Under the pieces are notes generated by a model. It was not told where the DNA came from. It ran no database searches and saw only the letters and a list, made by a program, of their open reading frames with translations. A program made the translations under genes and the position numbers. A DNA stretch of 64,000 nt from Peribolospora baueri (Eukaryota), in contig JAMDHS010000033.1 in the NCBI GenBank assembly GCA_029717555.1, forward strand, positions 124,001-188,000, given 5' to 3'. Position 1 is the first letter of the stretch. Every line of letters begins with the position of its first letter. This document shows positions 10,629 to 23,937 of the stretch, in pieces.

Positions 10629-13600
10629 ATCCACGTCTCCCTCGCCTGCCTTGGCCGCCTCTCCCCAACCCAAGTCGCCCTCCCTAACCGGCCCTTCCCC
10701 AAGGCCAAACATCCTCAGCATCCTCGTGACCCAGGCAGCCACAGCCTCCACCACTCCCACGTCCACCGCCGTGTGCTCTCTGATGTAGACGTTGGTGGTC
10801 GAGACGAGGCCGAGGAGGACGGAAAGGGCATCGGGCGTGTTGAACGAGTCGCAAAGGGCGGCACGGAAGGCGGACTGGCTCCGCTTCAGCTCCGACATCA
10901 GTTCCTTCTCCGGGGCATCGTAGTGGTGCCGACCGTCGGACTGCTCGGCCTGGGCCTGGGCCTTTCGGCGGAGCGCTTTGACGTTCGTGAAAAAGTTCTA
11001 GTCACATCGAAGGTGCGGGCGACTGCGAGGTCAACATCGTCCCACGGAAACAAGGACTGGCGGCACGCACTCTGCGCATCGCGCACGACTCACGTTGAAG
11101 AAAGTCTCCGTGTTGCGAACCTCAACCATGCCGCTTTCCCTAAAGTCCGTCTTGGAACTCCACAGCTGCTGCAGAAATGCCAAGCGAAGTTGTCGGGGAG
11201 TATACTTCTGCAACGCTTCCTGCATATCATCATCCACGTCGATTTATCGCACGCGAGGTATCAGACGTCGAAAACAAGTGTTAGCTCCGCGTCCCGAAAA
11301 ATTGACCAAGAGACTTGACGCGCGCGCGCCAGAATGCCACCACCTACCTGGATGGTGATAAAGTTTTTGAGCGACTTGCTCATCTTCAGACCTTCGATGT
11401 GCAAGTGGCCGGTGTGAAGGAAGTAATTCACCCATTGGCGGCAGTCGTGATAGGCCTGCGAAGGGGGAACAGACCGGTCGTCGAGATCGCCAGGTTAGCA
11501 GGTGGTCATGCCCGCACATTCCACATTCGATACGACCTCGAACGGGCGGGTGGCGCACCTCAGACTGGGCGATCTCGTTATCGTGATGCGGGAACATGAG
11601 GTCCACGCCACCGGAGTGGATATCCATTCCAGATCCGAACACCTCCGAGGCCATGACGGAGCATTCGATGTGCCAACCCGGTCGACCAGGCCCCCACGGA
11701 GAGTCCCATGCCGGCTCGCCCGGTTTTGAGGTTTTCCAGAGGGCGAAATCGGATGGGCAGCGTTTTCCGGATGCAGCCGTGAGGGAGCCTTTGGTAGCGC
11801 AGATGGGGGATCGGGAATCGGATGATCTTAAAGAGGTCAACCAACAACCAAGACCCTGTAAGACGACGACGCAAACGAGCTCACCTTCACCCTCGTCCAG
11901 CAACTCCTTGTTGCCCTTGCTCCACGGCTGCAGCTTTGCATACACATGCTTCCACTCGTCCTCGGCTGCGCTACTGACCTCGCCATTGGCTGTCTTGCCA
12001 CCGGCATTGCCACCATCGAAAGCCTTCGTATCGAACCACACGTTGCCCTGTTCGTCCGCGTAAGCGAAGCCATTGGAGACGATACGGTCCACGAAGGCGA
12101 CAATCTCCGGGATGTATTCTGAAACACGAGTGAGCGTGTCCGGTCGCTCGACGTGCAGCGCGGCCATGTCTTCGAAGAAGGAGCGCTCCCATCGGGCGGC
12201 GAGGGAGCGGAAGATGGCAGGATCGGTGACAGTAGAGCCGTGCTGTACGAAAAATAAGGCGGGCGTGACGGGGACGATGAGAACAAAGAAACTTTACTGT
12301 AGTCCTGAAAATGGACGAAGACCAGCATAACGATGAAGCAGGGCGCACCTGTTTGTCGAGATAGGAAGCCAGAGCATCCTGGGATGCGTTGATAAGCAGC
12401 TCGGCTTGGGTCTTGGACGTGTCGCCAGACTGCAACGCCGCGGCAGCAGACGTCAAAGCATCTCGAGAAGAGTCCTGGATAATGTCATACGGGAGAAAAA
12501 AAGAGAAGCACACATGGCATTAGCAGTGCAATTATCTCTAGATCCGCTCTCGTCCTAGCTCACCAGCGCAACAAAGTTCATGCCAAACTTTTGGTCCTTC
12601 ACGATGGCCTTCTTGACCCAAGAGGGATTCGACTTGAGCTCTTTGACCTCCTTCCAAGCGGCGTCCACCTCGTCTTGCGAGAGGCTCCCGATACCCTTGA
12701 CGTCTGTCAGTGCAGGACTCTTGCCGAGCGTCGCGACAAAGTGGGCGGACCATGCTGACTGGACAGTTGATAAGAGGGTCGGGGTTAGCGTCGCATTCGA
12801 TAAGCGGAAGGAGGAAAGGAGGTGCTGCTGGCGGGCACGGACGATGATCTAGTCAGAAGAAAGGGGACGGGGAAAGGGACAAAAAATGAGTTTCGATACA
12901 GTGAGGTCAGAGCTTGGAATGGCTCCAACTTTAGGAACGGGGCTCACCTTGTCATCGATGTCGGTGACGTTCATCACGAAATGGACGTCGTATCCAAAGT
13001 AGTCTCGCAGGATGCGCCTGACAATGTCTTGAGTGACGTAGTTCCTGAGAAGCAAAGGGGAAATAAGGGAACGCAGCTCGTTTGAGCATGGACCGTTGCG
13101 GAACCAGTTCATCGAAAAATGAACGCCTGCTCTTGGCAAGAATGCTACGTGCCCACCTCGCATGGCCCATATGACTAGAGTCATAAACAGTGGGTCCGCA
13201 GTTGTACCAAGTGACCTGCTTGCCGCGCGTGGGTATGAATTCGTTCTACCACAACGGAGCGTTGCAAAAAAAAAGTGAAAGGGGCCCGCTCAGGACGTCC
13301 TGTCCGTCGACCGTGGCTCGCCCGGGCGTGTTCGAGCGAGGGACGGTGCCGCCGAGCTCACCTTAGACCGCGTGAGCGAGTTGTACACCTTCAACGTCGG
13401 CTCCTTCTCCACCTGAGTTGGGACCCTCCATTCTGGCTGCTTGGCCCTGGCGCCGGGCGTTGCGGGCGAAGGGGAAGACTGCGAAGCGGGCGCGGAGGAA
13501 GACATGGCCCGACGGAAGTTGTGAAGGGCGGTGGTGCGAGCGATGGAGGCGGTCGTTGGACCGGGGAATAGAAGAGACAAGGTGGACGCAGAGAACAAAG

Positions 13601-13637
13601 AAGGGATGGTCCTGCGAGTTGCGCGAATGGCGTTCAT
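10629..13637 (-). CDS. CARS: Cysteinyl-tRNA synthetase (class I), multi-exon; C-terminal region missing after the DALR domain
   Basis: [18 protein letters not shown] (HIGH-like), [73 protein letters not shown] (DALR). The last recognisable exon ends ...GEGDVD at a GTGAGC donor (10628) and no stop-containing CysRS exon follows. Confidence 0.93.
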
Positions 13638-14830
13638 ACACGCCCGTCGGTGTCACCGTCGTGATGGTGTTGGCCGAGAAGGTTGACTGGGGGCGACGCA
13701 AGGGCACTCGCTGGAATGAAGCCAGTCAGTCAAATCATTCTTGCACCATCACCCTTTGTGCAGCATATCGCTGCACGTGATGTCCTTGCTGCGGCACCGA
13801 CGATCGGCCTAACCACATGCTAGTCCACCACGGCCTCACTTTTCATGATAGTGAGCGACGAGGAAGAATACATTCGTCGTCGAGAGACAGGGATGTCCTC
13901 CTAGGAGGAGAGGGAGAGTAGGATACGTATTATATACACGGCGTGTGACGAGCTGGGACAGGAGCCGCGACATCGCTCGACTAGACGCGGGTTTTCCGTG
14001 CTGTGAGTAGGCAGCGGCGCCAATCTCGGAATATGAAAGCTGTACAGACCCATGACAGGTGTAGAAAGGGGTGGCTCCTGCTTATGTCGTGCTTGTAGTC
14101 GATGCCACTTGTGTGACGCCCGTCGGCTCGACGTGACTCGCGTCCTCGCGGGCTCAGGCACTCTTTGCTCCGCAGGGCACTTGCGAGGCCAAGAGGGACA
14201 CAGCAGCAAGACGCCAAGGCGGTCGGCTCAAAGGCGTCGCTGCCGAGGTAGAGGTGTGCCTGTGGGCAGCTGTAACAGTAGTGCCCAGGATGATCGAATG
14301 AACGGGTAAGTTCCTGCCTGCATATTTTATTGTGATCGATGTGTGAGAGATGGCGTTCCCCAGCCCAACGTTCTATGTCCGTCTGGACACACCGACGGAG
14401 CTCATGTGTAGATGGAGAGATAAAAGAAACACCCAGAGTAGGTCCTGGGCTCGCGGCACATGGAGGTCAACAGTGAGGTGGAAGTCGAGTGCATGACGTG
14501 CACATTACGTGCACACGACGAGACGGGCGAGATGGCGACGGCGGCAGGGATATCACATTACACGTTACGATGAGGGCGAAATTAGAATGGTAAAAGGTGG
14601 AAAAAGGGAAGGATGGAAAAGAGCGGGGAATCCATCAGAGAGCGATCCGTGCCGACGCTGCCGCCGCTACCGGTCTACGAGGTTTTACGAAGCGGACGAC
14701 AGAGGAGCGAGGAAGATACGCGAGGTGGCTGGTAGGTCTTTTCTGTCTGTATGAACGAATATGTGGCGCATGTCGACCGTCGAAAGACCGAGCGATGTGG
14801 AAGAAGAAGAGCGAGGCGCGACCAGGAGAC

Positions 14831-16468
<1,638 letters not shown>

Positions 16469-16680
16469 CTAGAAGGACTCGGTGCGACGGAGAGGATGGC
16501 GAGGAGCGGCTGACGAAGTGAAGCTGAGGACGTATCGAGAGAAGCGACTGGGAAGCTTCGTCGGCCAGCTCGAACGGGGGCCAGTCGCCGCGGTGATAAG
16601 CGGCCGGGCCTGCGGCGGCACCCGGAAGGCCAGACAACAAGTCGTGGCTACCTCGTGATTTATGACGACTCACCGGCGCC

Positions 16681-17559
16681 ATGACCACCTACACACTCTC
16701 CCATCCTGCTTATCTCAAGCTCATCCTTCACGCTGCCAAGCACCCGCACGCCCGCGTCAACGGCGTGCTTCTCGGTAATGCTGTCGGCGCCGGCAAGGTG
16801 GTTGTGACCGACGTGGTGCCGCTGTTGCATCACTGGACCGAGCTGAGTCCCATGATGGAGGTCGCTTTGAGCATGGTTAGTGAAAGATGGCCCGGGCGCA
16901 TCTGTGGAGCTCGGTTTACTGCTACGAGATTTATCGGTTTGCGTGGGTGACTGGGCTTGATATTAACGTTTTTCGCTTCTGCTCCTCCCATCGGCAGGTG
17001 GAGGCCTACGCCTCGTCCACGAACCCTCCATCGTCCATAGTGGGCTACTACGAAGCCCCGTCAAGAGTGGACGACAAGATGCTGTCCGCGGCGGGAAGCC
17101 GGGTCGCGGCCAAGCTCGCGCAAAAATCGAAAGACGTCGTAGCCGTGGTGGTGAGTTAAATGACTCGTGCGATTCGATCTCGCGAGATCTCGACAGCTAC
17201 TCTGGCGTCCGTGAGACGTTAAGATCGGCCTGTGTGATTCGTCAACTGTATGGCTCTCCTCTCATATCCATTTCGTATGGATCCCTTTGTTTTCGACTGT
17301 CCACATCACACAGGTGGACAACGCCGCGCTCTTCTCCTCCTCTCGCCCACCGCTCATCCCCCTCTCCGCTTCACCTCCTCACGCAAACTTGCCCGCTTCC
17401 ACCATCGCGTTGGCCAACACCTCTTCTCCATCGCTGGCACTAGTCGCGATGCGCAACGGCGACCACGAGCTCGTGGCCGACTTTGATGACTCGCTCGAAG
17501 ACACGAGCAAGGATTGGTTGGCAAACAGAGACCTTGAGCTCGTCGAGGGCGGGCGATGA
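16681..17559 (+). CDS. EMC8: ER membrane complex subunit 8/9 (UPF0172, MPN-like), 3 exons
   Basis: YLKLILHAAKHPHARVNGVLLG, VPLLHHWTELSPMMEVAL, IVGYY, and C-terminal LVADFDDSLEDTSKDWLAN typical of UPF0172. Confidence 0.85.
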
Positions 17560-18180
17560 GCGCGGCTTAGTTCGTAGCTAGGCTGACCTGGAGATGGAGA
17601 AACAGCTTGTTGCGACCATGACTATGTGCCACCTTCGAGGCCGATAGAAATTATCATACCCCATGTGCCCGACAGAACTTGTCAGTGAAGAAGAATTTGG
17701 GCTGCGTGTTGAGCGTATCAAAGAAGTCGAAGGTATGACAAGAAAAGGTAGGTTAGCCATGTTGACCATCACTCTCAGCCGGTCTAGCTGGGGAGGTCAG
17801 CCGTTCAACATGGGTAGAGGCCGGGGAGATGTCATGGCGCAACAGGGCTTTCCACCGAGGAGAAGCTGTGATCGATTGTGACTGTGCATGGAAGAAGGAC
17901 TTGAGATTCGAGGTGACTGGCAAATATTGGGGGACGCATCCCCTTGACTACCAGCATTCACATGCCGACCAGGACGAGCTCAAACGCCCTCATCCTGTGG
18001 CGCTATCGACAGCCGTCGGTAGAGGCGCTGCCGGTCCGTCATAGTCGAAATGCAAGTTGCACCTCGTCCTGGAAGTTCCGGCGAAGACTGATCGGCCGCA
18101 GCACCTTGCAAGTCAGCTCGTCGATCACTTCTCTTCCTGCCCCCGCCTTCCAAAACACAGCTGGAATCCACCTCGGAGCG

Positions 18181-20189
18181 ATGGCGTCGACGAGCACTCA
18201 TGGAGCCACAGAACAAGACCTGGAGGAGGATCTGTCGGTGAACCAGCTTCTGCAGCGGGCCTTTGCTCTTGCCGATCAGGCTTTTACGGGGAATTCGGCC
18301 GATGATGAAGTGCAGGTACGTCTCTGAAGCTAGTACCGACCGGACCCGCTATGAGCAGCATAGGCGGCGACGGCAACGGAGCTCGGATAAGATTAGGGAA
18401 GGGCTCTTGTTCATGGCAAGTACCGTATTCCCGCCTTTCACCCAGCTTCGCACCCAGACAGCCATTTCCTACCTAACCCGCGCCAGCTCGCTGGCCGAGT
18501 CATTGGGGATCATCTCGCTGAACGAGGCGTTAGACGACATCAACACCCGAGACCTACGCGCCCTCCTCATTCCTTCCTTGCTTGGAGAGCTGACCATGCG
18601 CTTGAGGACGAACGGCCCCATGGAGAGGAGAAAGACTGTTGAGCAAGCTAGGGTGAGCTGCGTTGAGAGGATGGCGCTGCAATGATGGCGTGGCGGCTGA
18701 CCAAGTTAGAGGCGTTCCCTCCGCTTCTTGTCCTCCCACGTCCTTCTCCCCTCCGCTTCTGCCTGATCGAAGATTTATTCCTGTAGATTTCTCTCCACTC
18801 TCGACACCTTTTCCGTCGTTCGCGGAGACGACAGAAACGTCATAGTGGCAGCAAGCTCTCAGGCTTCCACTTCTGGAGGCCAGGACGCCGCGCGGAGAAG
18901 GGAGGCGAAGATTGCGCAGTTCAGGTTGGAGAAAGATATTAAGGGGAAATTGGATGTACGTCCCATCATTTCTCGTCCCTTTCTCCTCTTCCTGTTTTAG
19001 CCCGATCCTACGATTTCTGGCTGGACGCCGCCATGCTGATGAGATAAAATCCTCTGCGCGCTCCACACGCGATCGCGCACATAGGAATACCGCAACCGCG
19101 TCCGCTCGTCGAGCAAAGCACCCATGCCATCGGATGATCGCACGCCCTCCGATCCTTACTATGACCTCCTCCTCGTGCCCCGCAAGCGCATGGCCGGCGG
19201 TGTTAACGACTCCTCTAGCGCCTCGGATGAGGAATCGGACAAGCCCACAGCGTCCACATCCGCCTCCTTCGCTCAGACCTCCCTGCGCACTCTCAGAGGC
19301 TATTTACTCGCTCTCCTCACGCTGCATTACCTCCGCGCAGCAGGCTCGTTGAACAGTCTAGAGATGGAGCTGGAACTTTTGCGGAATATGCCGAGCGAGG
19401 ACGAGTTGAGTAGGCAGAGAGAGGCGGCGAGGCAAGCGGAGGAGAGGGAGAGGAGGAGGACTGGTGAGGATGAGGGGACCTGGAGGCTGGATGGACGGGG
19501 TGCTGGTGGAGTGACTGGCGGTCCACTGTTAGATCCTAAGGGAAAGGTGAGTGTGATATTTGTTGCATGCTTCGTGCCTGAGCGCATGGCACCTCGTCTT
19601 CGCCGGACGTGTTTGGTCATTTTTACTCCTTTGCGTTGAACGAACGTCCTCTCCGTCCCGATTGCTATCACCTCGACAGCCCCTCCGGCCCTTCACTATC
19701 ACCGCCTCCGGCAGCCCCACCACCGGCCTGCCCTCCTCTTCCCGCGTAGCCACCACCAACCTGCCGATGACCAATCTCGAGAGGCGCGCACAGATCCGCG
19801 CGGGCGTATTCCAGCCCAGCCACCGACTGCCGACGATGAGCATCGACGAGTATCTGGAGGAGGAGAGGAAAAGGGGGAACATTATCGAAGGCGGAGGGTG
19901 GGTCGACATCCCATCTCGCTTGACATGGGCGGCCCGGCCCGTATGCGTCGAGTCGAACCAGCTCTGACGCAGCCGTGACGAACACGCTTTCCCTTTCCCC
20001 TTCCTTCCACTTAGACCCGCCTCGGCCGAGCGACCGACTCCTCGCGAGCAAAGAGCCCTGGACGCGGAGCAAGATGGTACGATCGCGGCCGAGGAGGCCT
20101 CGGAGGCTGCCAGGAAGGAGGCGATCGAGTGGGACGCTTTCACCGAGGCGAACCCGCGCGGGATGGGCAACACGATGAACCGGGGTTGA
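18181..20189 (+). CDS. TAP42: PP2A-associated protein Tap42/alpha4 (IGBP1), multi-exon
   Basis: SLNEALDDINTRDLR, RREAKIAQFR, VFQPSHRLPTMSIDEYLEEE, and C-terminal EWDAFTEANPRGMGNTMNRG-stop (TGA 20187-20189). Confidence 0.92.
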
Positions 20190-20330
20190 TGAATCCTGCT
20201 TGTTGAATTTCCGCCTTGCTAGTTGGGGGTACATATAACTTCTGAGACACGGTATCTAGCCACATTCACAAGAGTAGCACAGGAACTGAAGCGAGCGGTC
20301 GGTGCGAGCGCGAACTATTCATACGCACAA

Positions 20331-23300
20331 TCACATTCTGAGTATACCGAGCAGTCCGCGTTAGTTAGCGCATTCCTGCTTCGTCATCTCCTCCGCAAGC
20401 GAACCCCGCGCCCTCCCTTCTTCTTGGTTTGACTCACCTAAACACACCATACCCTCTCCCAGGCCCATCCCACGTCGTCCAATCGCCCTTGCTCTTGCTC
20501 CTCTCTCTGCCGGCGTTGGCGATGGACAGACCGAGACCGAGGACGTCGCGCGTATCCTGAGGTCGGATAATGCCGTCGTCCCAGAGCCGGGCGGAGGCAT
20601 AGAGAGGCACTGACTGTGCTTCAATCTGCGACGAGAGCGAAGCGTGTCGAGTCGGGTCGCTGATGAGGAGCCAGCGGAGGAGGGAACGGAGGAAGACGAG
20701 AGCAGTTCGGCATATGGGTCAGCGTGAAGTGGAAACCAAACAGAAGAAAACCCGGAGGCATGACCCGGCGTTCAGCCGCTTGAAGCCTTCATGGTAACGA
20801 AAAGAGGGGCGCAATAAATTCAAGGATGTTCCTTCCATCGGTAAACTCACGCAGACACCGAGGACATGACCGACTCGAGCTGTTCGCCTCCCATGACGCC
20901 TACGCGCGCGTTGGGCCACATCCACATGAAGCGTGGCTGGTATGCCCTTCCACACATGCCTGCAGCAGGACAGATGGTAGCGAGTACTGAAGTCAGCTTA
21001 TTGCTACTGGCTTGCCGAGTGTCAGCACGAAGGCTCACCATAGTTGCCCGCACTGAAGAGAGGGACAATCGCAGAATACCAAATCGCAGAATACCAAGCC
21101 GGAAGAGTACGCGTGTATGTGACGTAAGGGTAGGCCACACATCAGCCGACGCCTTCATGAAAGTTCAAGAGAGGGGTCCGCCATTCACCTCCCTCTCTCC
21201 CCGTCTAAGCCATATCGCTCACCCAAAAGACCCGCCGACTATGACGGTCAACTTGGGCACATCGGCGCAGGCAACGGCGCGGACCATCTTTGCTCCGTCC
21301 TTGGCGATGCCCGCTCGTTCGGCTTTCGTGCCCACCATGTAGCCTTAGTAAGGCCGATTATGAAAAAGGAGGCGCACACAAGGAAGTGAAGAGAAACGGT
21401 CACTAAATGAGTTTCGATCCGCCCCTTCCACGGTCTCTATGATCGCAGTAAAACGTCAAGACAAACTCACCGGTGACATTGACCAGGAAAACGAGTGGAA
21501 TTCCTCTCTGACTACACATCTCGATGAACTGCGTAGCCTTGAGCGCGCTCTCACCAAACAGCACCCCGTTGTTACCCACCACACCGACCTGATGGCCGTG
21601 GATGCGCGCGAAGCCTGTGACGACCGTCTTGCCGTACAGCTTTTTGAACTCGTGGAAGCGGGAGCCGTCGACTAGACGAGCTATTACGTCGCGCATATCG
21701 AAGGGTTGGCGGAAGGAGGGGGGAACGATGCCAAGGAGATCGGTGGAGGGGTAGAGGGGCGGTTCGGTGGCTTGAGCTGGGGACTGAGGAGTGAGGCGGG
21801 AGAAAGGAAGGACTGTCAAAAGGGGAAACAGAAAATACTCTTTTGATGGGATGAAACCCACCGATGCTGGAGCGTAGTTGAGACTAGCCACGGACTGACG
21901 AGCGAGAACGAGAGCGTGCTCGTCGTCGAAGGCGAGGTGGTCGGTGACGCCTTCCAGAGGATTGGCGATACATGAACAATACCAGTTCGTCACTCGAAGG
22001 TTCAACCAAGCGTTCCTCATGGCACGCATAGGGGCGCAACAGCTCGTCGATAGTATATTGTTTCACCCACCAGACACGCTTGAATGCATCTCCGCACCAC
22101 CGAGCGTCTCGTCGTCTACGACCTCGCCCAGAGCAGCTTTGACGAGCGGTGGGCCAGCCAGGAAGATAGTACCCTGCTTTCGCACGCTGTCTCCGCAAAA
22201 AAGAAGCCAAAAACGGGAGATGAGTGCAGCGCTTCAGGAGAACTGGTTCAGAGACGCATGGCCTCACATGATCGTCTCGTCGGCCATGGCTGGAACGTAG
22301 GCTCCGCCGGCAATGGAAATTCCGTGGACGACGCTAATTTGCGGGATGCCCAGGGCTTACGAAAAGGAAATAAAGCCAAGGTAGAAAGAGTAGAAACCAG
22401 TGGGATTTGTCTGGTGAGCATGGTTGCTGCCCTGAAGTCGCACCGCGTTTCCTGAGCTAAAATGCAGTCGGAATAGCCTCGGGTTCGATGAGAATCGCCT
22501 CAAGATTCTCACCTGACATTTGGGCCTAAGAAAAAGGAGAGGAGAGCATTGAAAGGTTATGGAACCAGAAAGCGAGTCGCCAATCCGAACAGTTGAGGAA
22601 CTCAGCGATTTGACTCACCATGTTGTAGAAAATGCGGCCGAAATGATTGCTGTCCGGAAAGACGTCGGCTTGGTGAGGCAAGGCCGCGCCACCAGACTCG
22701 ACTGCCACAAAAAACCCATGATTCATTGGTTTCCGTTTCTTTGCCGCCCACCACCGATCCGTGTCTCGTGCTCACCAAGGTAGACGCAGGGCAATCTGTT
22801 CTCTCGCGCAATCTCCTGAGCCCGAAGATGCTTTTTGACGGTGACGGGAAAGTAAACGCCACCTCTGAAAAGTACATGAGAGAACAGAAAGTCAGCGTCC
22901 GTCCTCAGTTGAGGTCGGACAAGCATTTGATAGCCCCGCCATGGGAGAGGTCACTCACTTGACAGTCGGGTCGTTGGCGACGATCATACATTCGGTGCTG
23001 AGGGAGAAGCACGCAAGCGCATTTCAGAAACACTGCAACATGTGAGAGCCTGCTTCAACCCGGGAGGCAGATCTCGGGACTAGAAGCGACTGCTTCCGAT
23101 GGCCCACTCACCCGCTAACCCTGCCGATGCCGGTGACAATCCCTGCCCCGGGCACCTCGTCCTCCCGTTCTCCGTACATATTCCACCCCGCATAATGCCC
23201 GACCTCCATAAAAGGCGAGTGCGGGTCGAGCAAGCGAGCGACTCTATCTCTGGCCAGCATCTTGCCCTTTTCCAGGTGCTTCTTTCTAGCCTTTTCCGGG

Positions 23301-23554
23301 CCGCCGAGACGGATGCGGGTGGAGACGGCTTCGAGGTTTCGAATGAGGGATGCCATGGCGTCCGCGTTGGATTGGAAGGCGGAGGAGGTGGGATCGATGG
23401 TAGAGGGGAGGACGGAGGAGGCGAGGTCGAGACGGTCCTGGGAAGCGTTGTGAGTGGACATGCGGCGGAGGCGGGCGGCAGGGAGGAGGGCCGCGGAAGC
23501 GACTCCAGGCGCCGCTCGCCCAAGAGGGCCGGTGCGGGAGACGATGCGAAGCAT
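20331..23554 (-). CDS. MCCC2: 3-methylcrotonyl-CoA carboxylase beta (carboxyltransferase) subunit, mitochondrial; many exons including micro-exons
   Basis: Presequence MLRIVSR...; [113 protein letters not shown]; ends YGVFRM. Confidence 0.93.
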
Positions 23555-23937
23555 AAGGTAGATGTATCTAGTCAGGAAGACGAAGGAAGCGTGCAAGGCT
23601 GTGAGAAGGAGAACGAGAGCGTGGTTGGGTGACAAGGAGGATGCCCCCCGCACTCGGCAAGTGGTCAAGCACGCGCTCAGGATCCGGGCGAGGGTCACGT
23701 GGCCTTTCTCCCCTAGCCTCTCCACAAATTGCTTCTCGTAGCCGTCCATTCCGCTTTCAGGGCATGCAGGAATTCTGGGAACACTTAGGACACTGACAAG
23801 CGTTCTGCCACGCTCTTGGATAAGGGTCTTCTTCTTCTCGCTTACTGCTTGCTGTCTGCTTACCGACTCCCTGCATACTGGACAGTCTTGCTTTCGCACT
23901 CACACCCACCCTACCGGTCGCGTCCCCGTCAGCAAAC

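Noticed and set aside
10173..10898. 241-aa ORF containing a poly-Phe run
   Set aside because: It is read-through of two introns. The Phe run is the intronic poly(T) tract.
17176..17189. Perfect 14-bp palindrome GATCTCGCGAGATC in an EMC8 intron
   Set aside because: A few palindromes of this size are expected by chance in 64 kb, and there are no transposon hallmarks.
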